Assembly (NCBI GenBank): GCA_032718475.1
Contig: JAUCBJ010007680.1
Location: 77,264 to 141,263, forward strand
Direction of reading: 5' to 3'
Length of the DNA stretch: 64,000 nt
Source of the DNA: Nemertoderma westbladi
Lineage: Eukaryota; Animalia; Xenacoelomorpha
Positions 57,972 through 64,000 of this stretch are shown piece after piece. Position numbers and translations under genes: made by a program. Within the stretch, counting starts at the first letter, position 1, and each line of letters starts with the position of its first letter. The notes under the pieces were generated by a model, which saw nothing but the letters and a program-made list of their open reading frames with translations, did not search any database and was not told the DNA's origin.

Positions 57972-60590
57972 GCCACACACAGACTGTAATCTTTTAACTT
58001 CAAGCGAATTAGGGGAAACTGAAACAATATCCTGTATACAGGACAATCTCCCAATTATCTCACCCCAAAAAAAAGCAAAAGCAAACCGTCGGCCGAGGCC
58101 GAAGGCGACCCTAAGGCTCCTCTTTCGATAGCTGCAACCCGAGGGTAGGGGTGGGCGCTACTCCTATCCCATGATTTGCTCCCAGTAATTGAACTGGTAC
58201 TCATTTTATCGACTCCAGTGAATGAAAGGCTGAGTGGACCCTGGCGGGGCTGAACCTACAACCAATAGATTGCAGGACCGGCACTCAACCAACCTGAGCT
58301 ACCCCGCCGTTTCCCAACATCTCACCCAACACGTTCTTAAACCAACACGGTATCGCCATGGCCAAACCCTAATATACTTGACTTGATACTTACTAATGAT
58401 GACAACTATGTCGATCCCCCACTATATCATCCATCTCTTGGCGCCAGCGACCATATTGTCCTAGAATTCGATGTATATATTTGTTAAACCAGAAACTATG
58501 GCGACCAAAAAATCGAAAAATTATCCCATCCTTCCTATCAATTAAACGTGACATACGAGATTACATCTTAAACAACCCAATACATAACAGCAAACCAGAA
58601 AAGTCCTGGAGTGCATTCCAGGACAAACTTATAGAATCATGTAATCATCATATCCCTCGTTACAACCATTCAAAGAAACCCAGCAATGCAAAACCGAAGT
58701 GGCTTACAAAACATATCAAAGAATCATGGGATGAATACAAACGTAGCCCATCCTCAATCTCTTATGATTGCTACAAAGCTGCAAGAAATATATGTACTTC
58801 TTTGATAAGACAAGCACAGTTCAACCAAAGTTCTACAGCTATGAATGTGGCATCAGACCCCAAAGCCTTCTGGAAATATATACACTCAAAAAGGAAAGTA
58901 AAATCAAATGTATTCGATCTAACTAATTCAGAGGGCAAATTGGTCTCAGACAACAAAGGAAAAGCAACTGTTGAATATCCACTACCGCTCGATGTCCACC
59001 ATAGAGGATCCTAACATTCCAATTGTCCAGTACTCACCTGCATTCAAAGAGCCACTTACAACTGTCGAATTTACCCCAGCCATTGCTAAAATAAATTCAC
59101 AGAGTGCACCCGGGCCTGATGGTATTCATCCAATCATCTTAAAGGAACTTTCTTCTGAAATCGCATACCCCTTTGTCTGCAATTTTTCCAAACTCAATGG
59201 ATTCAGCTATTGTTCCATCGGAATGGAAACTATCTAATGTGACTCCGATATTCAAACGGGGAAAAAATCTGATCCCGACAACTATCGCAGCATCAGTCTC
59301 TACGCTGTAGTTTCAAAGTTGATGGAAAGAATAGTAGTCGACACCATGTGGGCTCATATCAGAAACTGTTGGTTGATATCCAACCAACAATATGGATCTC
59401 AGAAAGGACGCTCTTGTTCACTCCAATTACTAGACGTTATATTCAACTGGTTGCTTGCGCTTGACAACCATCAATGTATAGATGTGGCATACTTAAGACT
59501 TCTCCAAAGCATTCGATGCTGTCCCCCTCACCCGTCTATTGCTCAAGTTGGAATCTATTGGTATCAGTGGAAACGTGTTACTTTGGATCGCTAACTTTCT
59601 CAGTGATCGGTACCAACGTGTTGTGGTAGAAGGAGAGGCGTCAGATTGGCTACCTGTTACCAGCGGTGTCCCTCAAGGTAGTTTGCTGCCGTTCTATTAT
59701 TCTTGTCATTCGTAAATGATGTTCCATCACCTATAAACCAGCTTCTGTATCTATTTGCTGACGACATTATGAGGACTCTTGCATATTCAACATATCTCCA
59801 AAAACATCTACTGGACCACTGCAATCTGATCTGAACATCCTGTTTAACTGGAGCGTTGTCTGGCAACTTGGCTTTAACTTAAAAAAATGCAAGGTTATGC
59901 ACGTGGGCCACAACAATCCCGAATTCCCTTACGAAATTGGCAACCACACGCTAGCAGTCACAGATTGTGAAAAGGACCTTTGTGTCACGTTCCAGAATAA
60001 TCTCTCCTTCCATGTGCTTATAGCTACAATAGTTAAGAAAGCGAACTATGTTCTTGGCCTAATCAGTCGCAGTTTCAAACATATGGACGATGAAATGCTA
60101 GTAGTCCTATACAAAGCGATGGTAAGACCAATTTTGGAGTATCACTGTATGGTCACCCCATCAAATTGGCGAAATAAGACTTTTAGAGTCGTTTCAACGC
60201 CGGGCTACGAGACTCCTACCTTCTCTCCGCGACCTGCCGTATCCAACCAGACTCAAGCGACTCGGCCTGCCAACACTCGAGTACCACCCATCTCCGTGCC
60301 GATCTAATACAAGTTTACCGCTTTCTGTCGGGGCTCGAGGCAGTTGACTGGAGCGGAAAACTCACACTGTCATCCACTGGCCTCCGTGGACATTCACAAA
60401 AACTGGAGAAGCCGCGCGCGCGTCTGTTGGTACGCAACACTACCTTCCACTTTCGGGTTGTTGATCCGTGGAACTCACTAACTGACACCGTGGTAACCGC
60501 ACCGACCATAAACTCCTTCAAATCAAGGCTGAACGACCATTTTAAGGGCCATCATTTGAAATTTACTCCTTCATGGTTAAAACATATAAA
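57972..60590 (+). pseudogene. Degenerate CR1-clade LINE ORF2 (end of APE endonuclease, RT, C-terminus), interrupted by a SINE
   Basis: CIQDN...TRYRHGQ.PNILDLILTND, LGASDH, PKAFWKYI, SAPGPDGIHP, QQYGSQKGRSC, DFSKAFD, SGVPQG, LFADD, KCKVMHVG, YKAMVRPILEY, RGH and RVVDPWNSL, with many frameshifts. Confidence 0.88.
58067..58310 (-). mobile_element. Apparently full-length tRNA-derived SINE with a conserved central domain
   Basis: Reverse complement reads GGCGGGGTAGCTCAGGTTGG (A box), GTAGGTTCAGCCCC (B-box-like), GGGTCCACTCAGCCTTTCAT...GTCGATAAAATGAGTACCAG (resembles a widely shared metazoan SINE central domain, recalled from memory), and a T-rich tail; imperfect TSD TCCCAA..ATCTCACCC on both sides. 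Confidence 0.8.
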
Positions 60591-61584
60591 ACTTCTTATA
60601 CATTCATGTTCAATTAATTTTGTGATCATCTGATTACCTTGATCCAGCATATAGTTTTTTTTATATAAATTTATATATATATTTTACTGATGTTTTATTC
60701 CGTTTTTACGTTTTATCATTTTAAACCTTTTATACTTTTTAAATTTTACTTTGTCCTGTTTGCACTTTTAACTCTATTCATGTACTTATTTGTTCCTCGT
60801 TTGTGGTTGTATTCCGTTTTTCATTCTTTTTTTAATAATTATAATAAATCTATGGTTGTTATCTTCCATTCTATAGACCTCCTTTGTCTTTATGTTTGTA
60901 TCTAGTTTTTCATTTCACTTTTTAAATTGTTGTATATGATCGTTATGTGATCGTTGTGATTTGTTGAATCTTGTCTAATTTGTCTTTCCGACGGTTATAT
61001 TGAATGATTTTAGTAGTTTTAGATGAGTTTACATGTTCGAATCTTTTAATCATAGTTTCACTTATTTTTATTGTTAATTTTACTTTCACAATCATGCGCA
61101 TTACATTAGATTACACATATCACTAGGATACTATTTACTTAATTACTTTCAGTTTCACTATGCAGTTTAATTATTGGTCTTTAATTACTTTGTTATACGG
61201 GTACCACAGGCTGATTAGCTTTCTAAGCCCTAAACTATTAAACATTAAACAGTACTCGGCGTCGGCAGTCTCTTAATGCAGTAATGGTATCTTGTAAGAA
61301 CCTCAGAGAACTGATTAACATACTGACATACATACCGACATGACATACTGCAGTACAGACATAAGTGACATATGACATAAGGCACCAGGCTGCCAGCTGC
61401 CAGGGTACTGGAATAATTTGTATTTCTTTTTCGCTTTATTTCCATTCAGCATTCACCATCTGACAGTCTGACAGTCTGACCATTCTCATATTAATACTGT
61501 AATACCAGAATACATGGTAACGGAACCTATTCTGAAATTTAACGAAATTCACGAAATTAATTACCGGTACTGAATTACAGAATT

Positions 61585-62610
61585 ATGACGGCAGACATTG
61601 AAGACAATGGCTTAGATTCGGAGAAATCACTGATAGAATCGTTGATGCAACGCAATGTAGTGGTGGGCGACGTGTGGTACCTCATCGATGTAAAGTGGTT
61701 CAACCAATGGGAACAATTCGTGAGGGGCGCCCCGGACAGAAGCGATCGGGTCTTCAACCCTGGACCAATCGACAACTCGGGGATTCTCACTGATTCAGAT
61801 CCCCCGCGACTAGTTAAACACACAATCGAACATAAAGATTGGAAGCTGCTTCCTCGCGAGGCGTGGAACCATTTGGTGGAACGCTACGGCGTTAAAGATA
61901 AACACACTGCGATAGCGAGGAACGCGATCTGTAACGGAGGAACAATTTCAACCTACGTTAAAATCGAAATCTATAAGATCCCTTTGCGTTTGAGTTGCGA
62001 ACCATCCGGGGACGGTAACACGTTCACTGAGGAATTCAGCGCGTGCGATAAATTAAGCGCGATTTCTGAATCGATTCGGAGCCATTTCTCTGTCGCACCC
62101 ACCGTGAAAACCCGTTTATGGCAGAAATACACCGCGGGCGCTTCTGAGATTATGAAGAACCTCGAGCAAACTGTAGGGGACGCCTCGTTGTTCCAGGGCA
62201 ATCAAGTGATTATGGAGATTCAGAACGCGGACGGCTCCTGGCCCAAACCTCCCATTAAGGCCTCCGTGGGTTTGACCACGGCGACTTGCGCCCCCGGGCC
62301 CTCGGTATTCAACACCCGCAGTATGGGCTCCTCCTACTCCGACTACTCGGGGAACCGACAGACCTCCCGCCCCGGTATCTGCGGTCTCAGTAACCTCGGT
62401 AACACCTGCTTCATGAACTCGGCGCTGCAGTGTCTCAGTAACACGCCCCCGCTGTGCGAGTACCTGGTGGCGGGTCGGCATTGTTCTGAGATCAACCGAG
62501 ACAATCCCCTGGGGATGCAAGGGAAGATCGCCGAGGCTTTCTGTGACCTGATTAAGCAACTCTGGAGCGGAAACTATTCCTACTTTATCCCGAGGAACTT
62601 TAAACTCCAG
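61585..62610 (+). CDS. USP4/15: Ubiquitin carboxyl-terminal hydrolase of the USP4/11/15 family, 5' part (DUSP, UBL, start of catalytic domain)
   Basis: [12 protein letters not shown] and PGPIDNS (DUSP); [18 protein letters not shown] Cys box; [17 protein letters not shown]. Homology ends at FKLQVG; probable donor CAG|GTGGGT at 62610/62611; no next exon seen in the window. Confidence 0.9.
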
Positions 62611-63052
62611 GTGGGTCAAGAGATTGTTCATTTATTCTGTATTCTATATATCTTATTTCGATTATTATCGTATCGGTAATTATTGGCCACTCATTTTCAT
62701 ACCAAACAGCTCTCAAACCTCTCTGATTAGGCTTAGAAGATATTAAAAACAAATGGCGCTGCAGCTATTGAAGCTAATGCAGCTATCGGTTGCCTTAGAA
62801 ACTCTCATTTGCTGTCAGTTTGTTAGATGTAGTTCCACAAATTATATCGCAAAGTATTTCACACTAAGGAAGTTACTTGGGATCACTGTAAAGGCGTCTT
62901 ACCTCAAACAACTTCTTTCCGCCCATTAGTCAGTAAGTTAGACTCGACTCATCTAACCCGATCTTGAAATTTACCAAACAGGAGACATTTGTAAATGTAA
63001 ATGATACAGTATCTTCAACCAGCAATCTGTTCCACAATTCCGCACAAAACGG

Positions 63053-63409
63053 GAATTCACCCCCCGCATAAAATTCCATAGTGTATTTTCACCCCCCAGT
63101 TAGAATTCACTACCGGTATTTTAACCGGGGGTGAAACTACTCTGGATGATTTTTTAGTGAAATTTAACCCCATCACCATCAGTGCATTTTTACCACTATG
63201 AATTATGATATTTCAAAATATAGCGGTAAGCCTATAGTTAAACGAACAGACGACCACAGATACAGATAAAAACAGGCCGGAGATTCGTATATAGTAAAGT
63301 ACTGGTACTGTAGAAGATACAATAAAAATACCGTGAGTGAGAATACACTAGGGAATTATAACCGCGGGGGTGATTTTGCATGGGGAGTGAGAATTTTATG
63401 TTACACCGG
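63053..63409. mobile_element. Small inverted-repeat (MITE-like) element, left end degraded
   Basis: TCACCCCCCGCATAAAATTCCATAGTGTATTTTCAC (~63058) is the imperfect reverse complement of GTGAGAATACACTAGGGAATTATAACCGCGGGGGTGA (~63337); the right end reads TATGTTACACCGG. Confidence 0.45.
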
Positions 63410-64000
63410 ATTTTATTTACATATGATATGTAAGACCGTAAAACCGTTTGTGAATAAAATATGGAACTTAAAATATCTGATGTTTAAGGATCTGTAATAC
63501 CAGGTTGAAGTTCTCGGTCCAAGAGTTGGGCACAACGGACCCACATATGTGGGTAGGTGTAAAACGCCGAATTATGAATTAAGGGAAAGGAGCAGGTTAC
63601 AGTGGCACGTTATTTTAACCAAAACAATAAACTAAAGTCAATAGAACAGGTTATAGTTTTATTTTTGGGAGTTATAAAAATGTAAAAAAATATCGACTTC
63701 CGTAGGGACAATGTTAAATGTAAAATCCGGATCCGGATCCGCGTTTTACGCTGACCCCAGATATGTATGTATGTAGGCAATCTTCTATGAAAATTTCAGC
63801 ATGAAATGATTGTTTTTGAAAAAAAATTTCGAAAAAATTTGAAAAATTTTAGTATGTTCGGGCTATATTTTGGGAATCAAATATTTTGTGATAGAGAAAG
63901 CGTAGCAGTTACGAAATCGGGGCTAGAAGATCCAAACTCACGATTGTAGTCCTAAAGCTGCTGAACATTTGGGTATCTGTTTGATGACAATTGACTAAAA

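Overview
AT-rich, repeat-dense animal genomic DNA, probably from an invertebrate; it is not prokaryotic and holds no CRISPR array. About 26 kb is one 31-bp satellite in two arrays (8394-11472 and 18769-42095) that share the same right-hand terminus and show higher-order duplications. Host genes are a SAM-less, intronless SAMHD1-like HD-domain gene with substituted catalytic residues lying between the arrays, an intronless MAPK7/ERK5 with an 8x10-aa S/T-P repeat, an unknown 243-aa single-TM protein, and the first long exon of a USP4/11/15 deubiquitinase. The rest is transposon debris: an LTR-element 3' end, piggyBac-like ends, a CRE-like RLE retrotransposon with a 14-bp TSD, RTE, L2 and CR1 fragments, tRNA-SINEs, a pogo-PHD transposon, a hAT MITE and a foldback palindrome. 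The most striking find is at 11961-12504: two inverted copies of a tRNA-like Pol III cassette with a minimal type I hammerhead ribozyme (palindromic helix III, GUA cleavage site) between its A and B boxes. The flanking blocks are permuted and inverted, which suggests a Pol III-driven retrozyme or Penelope-dependent element. All calls come from reading the sequence by eye; no database searches were run.
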